The notes: generated from the letters alone by a model not told the origin. Positions 11,960-27,135 are shown, counted from the stretch's first letter. The stretch is 64,000 bases of DNA from Camelus dromedarius (GCF_036321535.1 NC_087436.1:24244001-24308000); one strand, 5' to 3'. Numbers and translations are program-made.

Positions 11960-14900
11960 TGTAACTTTAAAAAAAAGTTTTATTGCTACAAATTGAGATT
12001 TCTAACCATCAAAAAATGAAATAAAACCTAAGGTTTCAGCCCCATATTGGGCCAGCATATAGCCATTTCATGGGACCGTTTTTAATTTAGGTTTGGCAGT
12101 GGATTTAGCAAAGTTTAGATAACAACAGAATGGTATCAAGAAACCCTGCCTGTAACTTAAAAGAATGGAGCATGAGCTAGAACAGGAAGAATACCTTCCA
12201 CCTGAAAGGTCTTTCTTCGAATTTCAAAATTTAAGGCTAGTAATTACTAAGAGAAGTATATACATATCTTGTAAGAAAATCCAACACTTCACTTTTAACC
12301 ATTTTCCAAACAGATGCTATATATGGCAACTGATACATTCCTAGAAATGGTGCAGAAGAGAAGAGTCAGCCCTGAATTTATCACAACCTACCTGAATCTA
12401 GACCACACTTCTCTGGCCTCTTCTTACAATCACAGCTTTCATTTCACAGCTCTAACAGCAATATACCATGGAGTACAAACAACACTGAAAAACAAGGGCT
12501 TGACAAAACCCACAGAAAAGCTATTCACTAATATCGGGACTACTTTTACTCATGCTATTATAGATCACACTTTATTCTTGTGCATAATAAATAGATACAG
12601 AAAAAAATGTTGAAAATGTTAGGATTCAATTATCTAATTAAAGCTGAGGAAACTAACCTAGTCAGATTTTAGTTTTTAAATGAGAAATGACAAGAGTAGT
12701 AAATATAAAGAAAAACAAAAAGAACTTTACTTTCCTATGTTCATACAGGTCAAGGGACCCTTTCTTCTCAAAAGGGTTGATAACACCAGTTCTTAGCAAT
12801 AAACATAAGGCACTTGTTTAGATTACAACATCACTGCATTTTCCCCCCAAGTTGTTTTTCTAACCCTGTTTTTTCCCACAGTATCATTTGGAATAGAGTG
12901 AATGAGGCAAATGTGAGATGATCCAGTTGGTACCACTCAGAGCAAGACAGTACAGTACAATGTTTTAGGGGTGATCTCTGGACATAAAATGAACCCTTGT
13001 CAATGTCCTCTGATACCAAACAATGTATCCACTATCAAGTAAACCTGAAAGAAAATAAAATATTTATTTAATAGTTCCAGTAAAATTGGGTTGGAATACA
13101 ATATACAGGTTAGGAATTTAGCTCCTCATGGGTGGCATCTGCATCAATTCTGAGTACTTCTGAATATTCATTCTAAGACAATCTACATCATTTGAACATT
13201 GCCAAGACAAATATATGAATTTCATTTCAATATACAGTAGAGTTTAAACATAATTCACACATACACCCCTATTATATGGCTGGTGCCTCCTCCAAACACC
13301 TCATTAGTGGCAGAGGTAGCACTAGTGTTCTTTACCAACAATAAGAACTTCAGTTGCCACTCATAGGAGAAGTTGAAAAGAAGTTTTTGTTTTTGTTTTT
13401 GCCATCTGTTAAGATGTTCCTGAGACAGGGCCAGTTAATAAAACATAACAAAGCACTGGAGTTCAGTTTGTACTTCTCTTTACATCACTAAATTGTTAGA
13501 CTGGGATGTGGAATGCAGGTCATGTACTATGAAAGGTTGAGTTTAGCACAACTGTTCAGTCAGTAAAAGGATCAGGTCTCCTGAAAATTCCCTTTAGAAT
13601 ATACTTTCTATAAACTAAAAGTACCACAAAAAGGTCAATTATATACAATCAATTCATTTTACTTAATCTCCTTATCTGATGAGATCTTAAAAATACAATG
13701 AGAATACTGAGCCTCTGGCTAGTTCTTGGTGTAGAGGCTTAACATTTTAAGGCTCATTTTCTCAATCAAAATAGCAGTTCTTAGTTTTCCTTTCAGATTA
13801 CAAACTCTATTCATAGTACCTGCTGCCATCCTAGCCCTCAATGAAATCTTAATGCAGGAACAGCACTACACTTGCATTATGGCATTTCCCTGACACCAGC
13901 ATTTAGCCCATTCTAAAAAGCTCCCATCTGCACTAGCACATTACATTGCCTCTGGCTTGCACCTCTGTTTCCACCTGTGTATTTTCACAGAAGCCCAACA
14001 CATAGTAGTTGAAATATTCACACAACTGTTTTTCAAAACAATTTATTGCATCATATTTGGTACCTTATGTTTGACAACAAAAAGGAAATTACATCTGTAA
14101 CTGCAGGAAAAAGAAGCTGGTCTGTTATTGAAAAAAAAAAAATCTTGGGCCCTTTAAAAATTACAAAGTCTTGGGCTTGCCTGAAACAACTGAGCAAGAA
14201 ATATATTCTTAGAAATGTAGGGCTTCAAGTATTACAAACCTGTGACACTGTGGAAAAATTCCAGAGGTATCTAAACTGCAGCACTTTTTTTTCTGCATAT
14301 CATGAACAAGGCCTGCTGAGGTTTTTAACTATTAGTCTCTTGATCAGTCATAGAATGGTTGTCAGGAGTTCTGCTCTTTAACTTCAAGCCATAGTAGATT
14401 TTCTTTTTTCACTCTTGGGTGAAAAAATTCATGCTTGCTAATTAGTTGGTGCCACATCACAGTGCATTTGGTTCTTGCATTACAGTTTTAACAAGTTTGG
14501 CCAAAACAATGCTGAAAGGTTTGCATTGTTATTTTAGTTCTTCAAGTTTTAGTTAAAATTGAGATTGTTCCAACTGGTTCCTTCAGTTAAAAACTGTGGT
14601 ACAAGAACACCAAACTGATCATGTACAGTGAATTTTGGAAACACAACAAGCGTACTGAACACCCTCTAGGTTTCTTATAATTCTGCTTGGTATCTATATG
14701 TCCCAGCTGCTACAACGTCAAGCATCTGTTGTAGGTTTCTCTGTAAATAGTGATTCACATTGCATACTTCCTATGGTCAGAATCAACCCCGTAACAAAAT
14801 CAGTCAGATGCTAAAGCCCCAACAACTCTTTGTGCTCAGTGAAAGAATCCAGTGCTAAAACAGCATTTATGCTGTCTGAGATATAGTAAAATCTCACAAG

Positions 14901-15259
14901 ACAAATTTAAAGTAATATTTCTGCCACACACCTGCTTTGTTAGCTTTAACAGCCTCCAGATTTTATATAAATTAGTTTAAAAACATGGGTGGGTAGGTAG
15001 GAATAGGATAAGGTATCTTTTTTTAACCTCTCAATTTTAGCAGCTTTTAATTTTTTAAGAAACTGAACCTATATCCTGTAATATGTTAGATATTTTATAT
15101 ATACTTTTTCAGCAGGATAAAAACGTAAAACACTATTTGAAGGCAAGAACATTTACTCTTCTCATTCTGTGTAAGTTAGAGCAATGCAGCAGGTGCGTGA
15201 CAAAAATATTATACACTAGATATGGTCCAAAGTCATTCCATTTGCTTGTTTAATGATGT
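11960..15259 (-). other. NAA15: NAA15 3' UTR (distal end approximate)
   Basis: AT-rich stretch after the stop with no obvious repeats; minus-strand AATAAA at 14042-14047, 13063-13068, 12571-12576 and 11979-11984. Confidence 0.6.
11979..11984 (-). terminator. Candidate distal polyadenylation signal AATAAA
   Basis: tttatt on + strand, about 3.3 kb after the stop, similar to the recalled length of the human UTR. Confidence 0.5.
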
Positions 15260-15460
<201 letters not shown>

Positions 15461-16750
15461 CTAAAGAAAGAAAAAAGGTCATGTTATAACTTGTCAAAAA
15501 AAAAAAAAGATTTTCCTGTGAATTTATTAGACATTTCATTATCAACAGATTGCAAAAATAAGAGGCAAATGTACATATTAAAGATACACAAAAGCACTTA
15601 CTCTATGTGTTCCATTAGAATTAGTTTCTTCAGAACTGAAGAGTTTACACAAAAGAATGGATGTATAAATATGGCCAGGACTAAGATGGGGCAAGCAAGG
15701 TATGTAGAGTGCTACATTTAAAGACACTCCCTCTCGGTAAGTGCCCATCAGCAACCTTGCCTCACAGCCTAGCTGGCCCTGTGTATAGATGTTGAAATTT
15801 GCATGCTAATGTCAATTACTACACTTAAGCCTTTGAATTTTAAAGACTTTGAATTTTTTGAATTACTACACTTAAGCCTTTGAATTTACAGCCAGTCTGC
15901 AAAACTGTTTTTCAACCATGTATTCAAATTAAAGAGAATCTTAAGGTATGTCCAATGACTAGGCAGGAAAGGGTATACACAAGGGTCAAACACAAAGGGT
16001 ATACATACAAGAAGTAGTTGCTCATGAAAATCGATAATTCTTTCAACCAAACCCTTAAGTAGGTTTAGTTATATTTTTAAATGATTCATACTGACTTGCA
16101 TTTCTCATGTTTTCTTTCTTCATCTTTACACTTGGAAAATACTACATAGTTTCCAGATATATAAATACCCCACAAACTGCCAGTCAGTCTAGAAAGGTTC
16201 TAATCTAAATGCTGCAGTAAATGGAATCCAAGAAGTAAAAATTTTCTTGCTTGAAGTTCTTTTCTTCATTTGCTTTTAAAAGAATATACTAAACTGTCTT
16301 TCAGTAAGCGCTTTCTGATCTGGCCTATTATCACACAAAGTGGTCTTTGTTTTCTGTCTAAACTAGAATCTGTATCCTGGTAAATACATCTTAAATGTCA
16401 GAATTGTCACTGAGACCACTGCTTGCTCAGAAATGTATAAATATGAATTGAAATCTAAACTTAACTGTGGAATGTGTAGATTTTACTAAAATATATTTGT
16501 AACAAATTATTCAAAACAATTACTCTGTTAAACTAAATGTGAAACTAGTTATTGAATGCCAAGTAGCCTGTTGTACATGTGTGCACAATATACAATCCTA
16601 CATAAATTTAAGATAAGCTAAGTTTCTGACATAGATTCATAAATGGTTTAGAGACTAGCACACATAAACAACAAAAAAATATTTGGTGAAAATTATTCTC
16701 TTGGTGAAAAGAGAAACAAAAAATGGTCAGGTACCCTTACAAAGAAATTA

Positions 16751-16891
<141 letters not shown>

Positions 16892-17087
16892 TTATTTCAA
16901 AGTAAAAACAGCATCTTATCTTCTATCCATTCAAACATAAAATGCAAGGTGTCGTGTGCACACACAGTGTGAAAATGATTAAGGCAAGAGAGACCTTGAA
17001 GAAATGCAAATAGTCTAATAATATTTGTCCTTGTGTAGTAGGACCATGGAGAGTTTTCTTTTCTTCTCTAAATAAGCATAATCTAGG

Positions 17088-17129
17088 GGTGAAGGGAATA
17101 CGTGTGTGCGTGTGTGGTGAAGGGAATAC

Positions 17130-17161
<32 letters not shown>
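17088..17161 (+). repeat. 2x ggtgaagggaatacgtgtgtg followed by compound (TG)n(AG)n
   Basis: Direct reading. Confidence 0.85.
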
Positions 17162-17762
17162 TGGGGGGTAGCGGTAGGGGAGATACCCAACCTTAACAGT
17201 ATGAGCCAAAAAACTGAATTCAGAATTCCACAAAGTTGCTGAGCTTCTTAGCTAGGTATTTTAAAAGCATTATCCATGTGGTCTCACCCAGTCCAGACTC
17301 TGGCTCTCTAGCACAGACCCTTGCCAGATGATCCTCACTCATGAGGTGTTTTTAGGTGTTTATTACTGCCAATTACAAGCTTGACATCTTATAAAAGCAT
17401 GAAAAATGAAAGATGATGGTTGCAACCCAGTAAATTTTAAGAGCATGTTGTTGAGAGAAAGAAAATAAATAGAAAGCTCCTCTTTCGTATGTAACAGATA
17501 GCTAAATTCAGCTATACTTGCTTCTTTGTAATGCCTATGCAGAACCAGGAGAAACTATTTGCCTTGATTTATAGTCACAATTTTATCTAAGAAATTTAAA
17601 AATGTATAGGAAGCATATTTAAGCTGCCTATTTCCATGAGATTAAAATGTGACATATACACATTGCTTCTTCCATTCAAAAAATGTGTAACCTTGTCATT
17701 GATTCATCAAATAAAAACTAGTTGTTTCAGAGGCTAAGGTAAGGGTGAAACAAAGCGAATAC

Positions 17763-17909
17763 CTGATAATCTGTGTGGCAATGAATCAGAATTCCTTTTC
17801 AGAAAAGTTTCATTAAAATTCTTTGGATTCGTTGCTCCAAAAAGACGATTCATTTCTTGTTTTAATACTGTTCTAACTGTATCAGGTAAATCTTTACTTT
17901 CACACACTG
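17763..17909 (-). CDS. NAA15: NAA15 exon 18 ([49 protein letters not shown]); alternative start 17906
   Basis: ttcag|CAG|TG tandem acceptor; G|gtattc donor; 147 or 144 nt. Confidence 0.95.
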
Positions 17910-20900
17910 CTGAACAAATTAAAAATAAACTCTATTAGTAGCTGGATACTCTGAAAGTCTGTAAGAGTTAAAAAATTATCTACTTGATGAGTCCAATGAA
18001 ACAAAACTATATACAAAGACTAGAAAAACCTACTGACAATTCAACATTTAAAGAAGAGCTTACCTATATAAATTTGAAGAATGTGTATCAGCAGAATAAT
18101 CTAATAATTTTCTAAAGGCTAGCAAAGACATTTCACTGAAAGATGATTCATTTCCAGAAAAGAATTCTACACTGAAAGCAATATAGATGATGAAAGATAG
18201 AGTTTCACAATCTTCTAAGCCCCTAGCAGCTGCCCCCCTCAATTTTAAAGGGACTTTCTAAAGCAGGGGCTTTGATGGCACCTACCTGGTGAATAGTGTC
18301 ACAGCAAATATGTAGTACTGAAGACAACAGAATTTTCCTTGTCCTCTCCATCTTCTTCTATACCCAAGTAAGGCATTACAAATTTATCATTTAAAAAAAA
18401 ATGACTGACTTCATTGACCTTATTTTCAGGGGTTATGTGAATTGAACAATCACTATATAATATACTCCAAAGGAACACCAAAGTATTTTCCTGAAATGAA
18501 TACACTGTAGTCTTCGTATTTCCAGGCACTGGGATTTGGAGATGGAAAGTTGTTTCCCAATCTCTCTAGATTGAATCATAGTTAAGTTTTGTTTCATTAT
18601 TATTTGGGTATAGAGAGACAGTCTGGAGCTTTGAGCCAGACAGACCTGGGTATGAATCTAGGCTTGGACAAATCATAACCTCTCTTGATCTGTAAAACTG
18701 AGGTGATACTTAACCTGGAAGGATCACAGTAAAGAAAAGCTATGTGTAAAAGAGCTAATTATACGATTAGCTAATTATACAATATATTCCATATATTGTA
18801 GTTACTGTTTCTGTTGTAGGATTTAAAACATAGATTTTCTTTATAGTTAGGAATTACTGTTGTGCCTTTCAAACTTTGACGACAACCAAGTATCTTATAC
18901 TGTAATGAACATGTATCCTATATACATAACTCATTATGTGTAGTAAAAGTTTCACAGAACACTGACCCTTACTCCGTGCAACACATGCTGGTGTCTTCTA
19001 CTTTATTCTATTTCTATTTTAGGTTTTCAAATACTGGTAAAGACCCAGTAAATTGCTTTCACTGCCTCACTAATGGATCACTACCTTGTTTAAAAAAACA
19101 CTGAACTCTTAAATAGTAAACATACAAGGAAACTATTCTGCACATAATTTAGCAACTGAGTAATTGATATGATCTTTGCTGAACAGCATTTCTTCCATCA
19201 TTCTATAGAAGTCAATAGTTGAAATAACTTAGCTACTAGTTAAAGAATTTAGCTTAACCTCCATTATGGCTGTACTTTCAACTGGATTTGGCAATTAATC
19301 AATATTTGTCTTTTAGGGAGGAGGGAACGCATGAGTGCAGAGAATGGGAAGAAAAGTTGTTTAAATAGGTTAAAGCCAATTACAATGAACATAGATGTCA
19401 ACAGAAGTCATCTATAAAATATGTTATTTCTCTGGGACTCATTGCTTTGCTTGAAATGCTTTTAGGATACTTTATATGCAGACAGGAAAGTAACTGTGTA
19501 GTTTACATTATAGTTGGAAACCCCCTTTATGTTTTTCATTACTTTCATTAACTTGTTTTCCTCAAATTAAACAATCTCGAGAAATAAAAACTGCTGTTTA
19601 AAAAAAGCCCATATAATTAAAAACAAATATATAAATATGTATCTTTTGTGTTTGAAATGTGTAAAGAGGAAATATTTAAATAACTCCCAACATTGACTAA
19701 TAGGTATTCCAAAAACATTTCCTTACTAATTCACAAACTGTGGCCAACTCAGTTTTCTCCCCTAAATCATGTAGACTGGAACCATAATTTCCAGAAAGAT
19801 ATTAATTACAATCAATCAATCCTACTGCAGTAAAATTAAGAGTGTCCTATGGAACTTTGTATAGTGAAATCTTACCTACACCTTTAAGGAAAGGAACAAC
19901 CTCAAATTAGATAACCTTCTATACTAAAGACTAATTGTGTGTGTGTGTGTGTGCGCGCGGGGGTGTTAATCTAAAAATCCTCTGAAAGTGATTAAAAAAA
20001 AAAAAAAAACAACTATTGAGGTCTCAAGAAAGTAAAAAAAAAGACTATTTTATCTTCCATGACATAATAATAAGTTCTGTGGATGAATCAAGAAAAAATA
20101 ATAACTGGTTGGGAGGAGGGGAATAAAATATTTTCTAAGGAGTTTTTGATTTGAGTCCTCAGAGATTCTAAAATTAAAATAATGTTTAATTCATCCTATT
20201 AGCTTATTAACAGATTGAATAAATTCAGTAATCACAACAGTTAAAAGCCACACTGAAGAGGGGGCCTGATTCTTAGCAAAAGGAGTTTCCCTGGGTTCTC
20301 AGGCTGGCTGACACTTTGTTAATAGCTTGGGTAGAAAATGTTCAAATTTTGTGTGAGGTAATGATTAGTCACACCTAGGTTATGGCACAACCTACAAAAA
20401 GATTACCACTCAAACTGGCCAAATAAATAAAACAGTATTAATTAAGCAAGGTTTCGGGGGGAGAGATACGTAAGTACAAAAGAAAAGTAATTTGCAGATA
20501 AAAGGAAGAAATGAGTTTGTACAAATGAGAGGAAAAACGATGCAAGATTCATTGTAGATAAAGGTGACCAAATAATAACTAAGCTCCTATCTTTTACTTA
20601 GCACTGACCAGAAATATAATTTAAATAGCTTTAAGTCCTACAACTTAAAAAAAAAAAAAAAAGTGAAAACCTTGAAAACAGTAGTATCACCCTTCTAATC
20701 AAAAAGTAGGGAGGAGGCATCCTATACAGTAAATGACCTCATGTAGCAATTATTATTTACACTGGTAGTATAACAACATTCTGGAGATTTGGAAGGTACC
20801 CATAACCATGCTAAAATGAATAAACATTCACTTAGAGAAGCTTCTACAGCTGACTTTTTTTAAAGTGTAGAGGCGTTTTTTCCTCCATACTTCTTTGTAA

Positions 20901-21072
20901 AGCAGTTACTACAATGTAACTTAACACCACAAATGTGTTCCTGAAAAGTTACTTCAAAGTCAAAACTTTCTTTAAAGTACCAAATACATTAATTAAAGTG
21001 GGGTATAGTAACAAAGATGCCCCTATTTTGTGTTTCTGTAGTTTTACAAATGTCTTTATAGTATACACACCT

Positions 21073-21770
21073 GTGTTTTAGTTTCTGGTGTAGAGCATAG
21101 TGATTCAGTTATACATACATATATATGTGTGTGTGTGTATACATACATATATACTTTTTCATTATAGGTTATTGTAAGAAATTGAATGTAGTTCCCCGTG
21201 CTATACAGTAGAACCTTGTCTGTTTTACATATAGTAGTTTGTATCTGCTAATCCCAAACTCCTAATTTATCCTGACCTTCTTCCCCTTTGGTAACCGTAA
21301 GTTTGTTTTCTATGTCTGTGAGTCTATTTCTATTTTGTAAGTAAGTCCATTTATATCATTTTTTAAGACTCTACATGTAAGTGATATTATATGATATTTG
21401 TCTTTCTCTTTTTGACTTATTTCACTTAGTATGGTAATCTCCATGTTGCTGCAAAAGGGATTACTCCATTCTTTTTTATGACTAAGTAATATTCCACAGT
21501 GAATGAGTGAGTGAATGTGTGTATCTTCTGGATATCATCTTTATCCAGTCATCTGTCAATGGACATTTAGGGTGCTTCCATGTCTTGGCTATCGTAAATA
21601 GTGTTGCTATGAACACAGGGGTGTGCGTTTCTCCGAATTAGACTTTCCTCCGGATATATGCCCACGACTGGGATTGCTGGATCATATGGTAATTCTGTTT
21701 TTTAGTCTCTTAAGGAATCTCTATACTGTTTTCCATAGTGGCTGTACCAAATTATACTTCCACCAACAGT
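21073..21770 (-). mobile_element. L1 3' end (ORF2 C-terminus + 3' UTR)
   Basis: gtgattcagttatacata...ctgggattgctggatcatatggtaattct...ccatagtggctgtacc; flanking tacacacct repeat. Confidence 0.85.
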
Positions 21771-23434
21771 ACACACCTATTCTTAACAGAGGTAATTAAC
21801 AGTCTACCCAAGTTCTTGAAGGCTTTTAAAAGAGACAGAGCATCTTTATCACTATAAATTATCACTCCTTTCATTGCCTAAATTTAGTCAAAATGAGGAT
21901 CACTTTGTAAATCTCTTCCTGACAATGATATCAGCTGAACACCTGGCACAATGGGCACAGCTAACATTTAACTCCAATCAGTAACTCTAACTTTTATGTC
22001 AGGATCATTCTGCTTTTTTTCTTTTAAAGTTCATGACCATTTTATTTTCTGAAACAGCTGTTGCAAGAAAATAGTCATATGTTCATCAATCTATATACTT
22101 ATTACAAACAAATACATCTAAATATCACTTTTAATTTATATTTCAAAGGAAAGTCTCCAACTCTGTAAGATGTATACATATTATTTTATATTATCTTTCG
22201 GAAAGAACTGATTGTATAAAAACAAAGTATGTATATTGAAAGTATATCCTAACTGATAATAAATTAAGACTATTATTTCTATTCTTAATTTTCTGATTCA
22301 TGATTTCAAAGTTTTTTTTAATACAAAAAGAGACTAAAAGGAAGAAACTTCTTCATTTTCTCTAAATACAGCAATTCTTTCTTCTACTTTCCATTATGTG
22401 GTTATAATATTTATTACTTTCAGAATTTTTTAAATTGAGGGAAAATTTTTCTTGTGTCTGTAACCAGGAATCACTTTTTTAATAAACATAAATTTAATTT
22501 AAATAAGGCTTTAATTTTTTCTTAGAAGTCAAACCAATGTTCTTAACTGGGACAATGTAGCATTTTTCAAAAGAATGACTGGGATGCTTGGTTTAATTTC
22601 ATTATTTTTATATAATGTATAAATTAATATGGGGCTGAGTATATAGCAATGGGATAGCTAATTTAATTGTACTTCCAAATTCTGCAGATTGTTCTATTAA
22701 AGATTCAACTTCTCCTTATCCAGTCACTTAAAAATCAAAACAAAAACAACACTACTAAACTACAGGGGTACTTTATTCTAAATTTAAAGCTCTTGTAGTA
22801 GAAAGAACAATATGAAAACCTGGGCTCTCATCCCTGCTTCATTACTAGTTATTGATGTTATCTTGAATAAGCAATCTAACCTGTTAGGGACTCAGATTTC
22901 TCAACTATAAAACAAGAGATAATTAGCATAAAATTTGACCTTTCATTCTTTAAAATCTTGCAGTTTTACATCACATTAAAACTAATGTACAGATCTTACT
23001 GTCAATATATTTGAAAAGTACAATGATTGTTTTAAAGTTCTTTTTAAACTACATCAAATAACAAAAATTCTGACTCACATAATTGTGCTAAAAACAGATA
23101 AACAAGTGGATAACTTACCAATTTCAAAGAGATCCTTCAATATTAGAACAATTTACTAAGAAGTTCTACATAATGAAATACAATTCAAAACTTCAATTTA
23201 CTAACTTTTTAGAAACAGAAACAAAGGTGATTCTCAAATATATGGACTGAACAATTCTATGTCAAAATGAGATAACATTTAGAACTTTAAAATAAAGACC
23301 TTTATTACAAAGAAAAGAACTCTGCTTTTCCCCTTAGCCAATTTAATCACAACAGCTTTAAAATGATTGAGTTTATGATAACCTTGTACAAATCACTTGT
23401 ACAGTCACTATCAACTACTGTAATCAGATACTTA

Positions 23435-23584
<150 letters not shown>

Positions 23585-24945
23585 TCATCATTTGATAAAA
23601 AAGAGACGCCCTCTTTTGGAGGACTAAGATCTTACAAACAGAAAAACTAATTTAGAGTCAATCACATCTGAACTAACATGACTGAAGGAAGTGATTTCCT
23701 CAGATAAGCAACATTAGCTAATATTTTCCATACAACATTAAGAAAAGAAGTTTTAAGTATAAAAATTTTAGATAGCATTCAACATTATTTGAACTAATGC
23801 CATATAAACAAAAAAACTGAAGCCATTTCATTTCCTAACCTCCTTTAGTCAAAATAAACAAATTTTCCCCATAACTTAGAAAACGTCATTGTTTATACTT
23901 GAAACTATTTCCTTTCTTGCATTTTGTGACATGTGAAATGGTTTCCCTTTTATCTGACTGCTCCTGTCCTGTCAATCCCTGGTTCCTCTTTCTCCTCAAA
24001 AGGTAGAGTGTTCACTAAGGTTATGTTTTCAGTCATTTTCTAATCTTTCTCTACGTTATCTCCCCACCCCAAACCGTTTCCCAAGCTTCAATAGTGTCTC
24101 CACCTGGAATAGAAACCTGCACCCGAAAACTCACTACACTTCCAAGTCTCATCCATAACTACCTCTTTGTTAAGATTTCCCTAATCTGGTACAATTCTCC
24201 AAATATCAAAATTCAAACCCCCAGGCTCCTCTGATAATTCCTTTTCCCTTGTCCCAGCACTAAAATTGCTGCCATGCCCTTTGTCATTACCCATTTCACA
24301 CTGTTGCAATGGATTCCAAGTTCTGGAGAGTGCTTCAAAGGTTAGTACACAGCCAAAAAGTCAACTGAATGGAATTTGGACTGCCCTTCCCTGCTTTAAG
24401 CAGAACAGCTTTTGTATTTTATACCTTAGGGTTACACGCAAGAATATTTGTTTTTTTAAAAGAGAATTGTATTAAAAGTTAAAATTACTGGAGTATTTAT
24501 TAAACTAATTTTCCAAATTATAATATAATCATTGTAGAAAATACAAAATATGGACGATAATATTTTAATCACTCAAATTTCACCAACAGATCATCTCTTT
24601 TATCTTTTGATCTATTTTCTTCCCAGCTACTTTTGTATTTTACATACCCATATAAATATCTTAATAAATGTTAAGATCAAACTATAGTTAGTTTGAATCT
24701 CATTTTGAAACAATGTTATATAGCACCCTTTCCCCAACACTATTAATTACTTTTGATAAACATGATTTTTTAATGGATACTTTTTACAGGTATCATTTTA
24801 TTTTTTTAGTAGGACAGTGACACTGTGTGAAACAGTAACTTTCTGTCAGATATTACTAACCAGTTTCTATGTATCACCTCAGTGATAAACTCTTTTTTTT
24901 CAATGAACCATTTGAATTAATCAATTCAATACCATAAATCTTTAA

Positions 24946-25082
24946 TCTTTACCTGGCCCAGGTAATACAGACGACATCAAAATTATTTATATACGCTTGT
25001 GTTTTCTTAACGGCTCTTTACCTGGCCCAGGTAATACAGACAACATCAAAATTATTTATATACGCTTGTGTTTTCTTAATGG
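24946..25082 (+). repeat. Tandem duplication, 69-bp period, 2 copies
   Basis: 24946-25013 versus 25015-25082, two mismatches. Confidence 0.95.
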
Positions 25083-25430
25083 ATACTCTTCCCTTCTATG
25101 CATCTTTTCTTTTAGAAATATGATCCATTCTTCAAGATACACCTCAAACATCACATCTTCTATTTATAACAATGGCTAATAGCTGACACTTATCTAATGC
25201 TTACTGTGTACCAGACACTATTCTAAGCTCTATATTTATTAACTAAATTTTATCCACACATGTACATGATAATTACTATATCTGACCTTAATCCTAGTTA
25301 TATACTGTACATCTATTTTTGATTCTAATATCCTAGAAGAGGTAACTGTATCTTTCTACTTTCCCCAAAATTTTGTACATAGCAGGCATTTCTGTAAGGA
25401 AGCTGCATTGGCATTTGCCAAAATATCCTA

Positions 25431-25625
<195 letters not shown>

Positions 25626-27135
25626 CTAACAAAAATAAAAGATATTATACAAATGGAAACAAGGTTTTCAGGGGATGTAAATTACTCTTTCTACTAAAAA
25701 CACTTTTTTAAATCACTTACCAATCACCCAAAAATACTTTCATATTTTACCCTCCCATTATCTAAAGGGATTCTGAACTCCTCACTGGTTTTTAACCATA
25801 GAGATTATACATTATCTAAAGTAAAGAAGATAAAATAGAACCAGGAAAAGAAAGTAAGAGAAACAGGTAAGATAGCCAAGGGGGAAAAAAGGCAGGGGGA
25901 TGTGAAACAGGATGAAAAGGGGTAAGAACTGTAAAGAACATTAAAGAATGAGTGAATGCTGAGTATGACCAAGCTCTTTAAACAAGTACAATATTCATTC
26001 TCTGTTGCTTTGCTCCACTACAAATTCTATAGAAATCCTTATTTATTCAAATGCCACACTATTGGTGAGATAGCATTTGAAAAGATTTACATTTATAGAA
26101 CTGTCTCTACCACTCTTTATTAAGTATATAAATGTATTAATTAATTACATACTTGTAATCATTACTGGGCAAGTGTAATGTTTACTACATAATTGTGCTA
26201 CTGTCCTACTCCTAGACTGAGTATTGAGACAAAACTATTCTCTGTAGACTGGCGTGAAGGTAAGAAACAATACTATGTTTGTCACAAGAGCACTGAACAT
26301 CTGAGTCCTGTATTTGCCTTCTCTCACCATAGAGGCAGTAACAGTTAACCCTCGTGGAACTCAAGATACCCTACATCTGTCCAATGTGTCTTGGCCAGTA
26401 CAGTAACTGGTTTTGCCAACACATATTCTAGCCAAAGAAATTATTTCACAGCATTTAAAAACAAAAACAAACAAACAAACCAAGTTAAGCAATGGGTGGT
26501 ATCTATAGGATTTACCTTGTTCTAGTATGTAAAGCAGCTAGTATTATTCTCAAGGATACATGCTCTAAACCAGAAATCAATATATGGCAATATCACTCTA
26601 ATAGCTGGAGATATCAAGAGACAGAGAAGAAACAGGGTTCTCATAAGTATGCCTTTCTCATACATTTGTAAATACTTTGCTTCTTATTCCCATGACTCTA
26701 TGTTCTACTGAGTTGGAATTTGTGGTATACAGGGGAGAAATGGTTATCAGGGGAAGGTTAGAGAACTGGAAACTGAAATTGCCACCCAGCTCTATCAAGC
26801 TTTTCATTTCTCAAGAGGTAGAAACTGAAATGAGGATTGACTAGGATAATTTATTATAGGGAGATATAGCTGGTATTAATAAAATGGAAACAAAAAGGAA
26901 TACTGGGACGCTGAAGCAATACCAGCATTACACTTACTGAAATTAAGTATTTGAACTTGGAAAGAGAAAAGAGAGAAATTAATTCTGTTTGCAATTCTAA
27001 TAAAAACATATGCTATGCCCCACCTCCCCAACCCTTGAGATCTGGAACTCCTGTCCCCATATGTTTCTGTGTGCCCCTCATAGGTAAGATTTTGTCAAGC
27101 TAAATCTAAGTGTTTAAAGTATATGTACATAACCA

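Noticed and set aside
18059..18242. Strong donor-like AG|GTAAGC and a short minus-strand ORF upstream of exon 18 as a cryptic exon
   Set aside because: No clear matching acceptor or conservation evidence; similar donor motifs occur by chance elsewhere (19871, 23113)
24946..25082. CRISPR-like or prokaryotic repeat system
   Set aside because: Mammalian intron; only two adjacent copies, no spacers or cas genes
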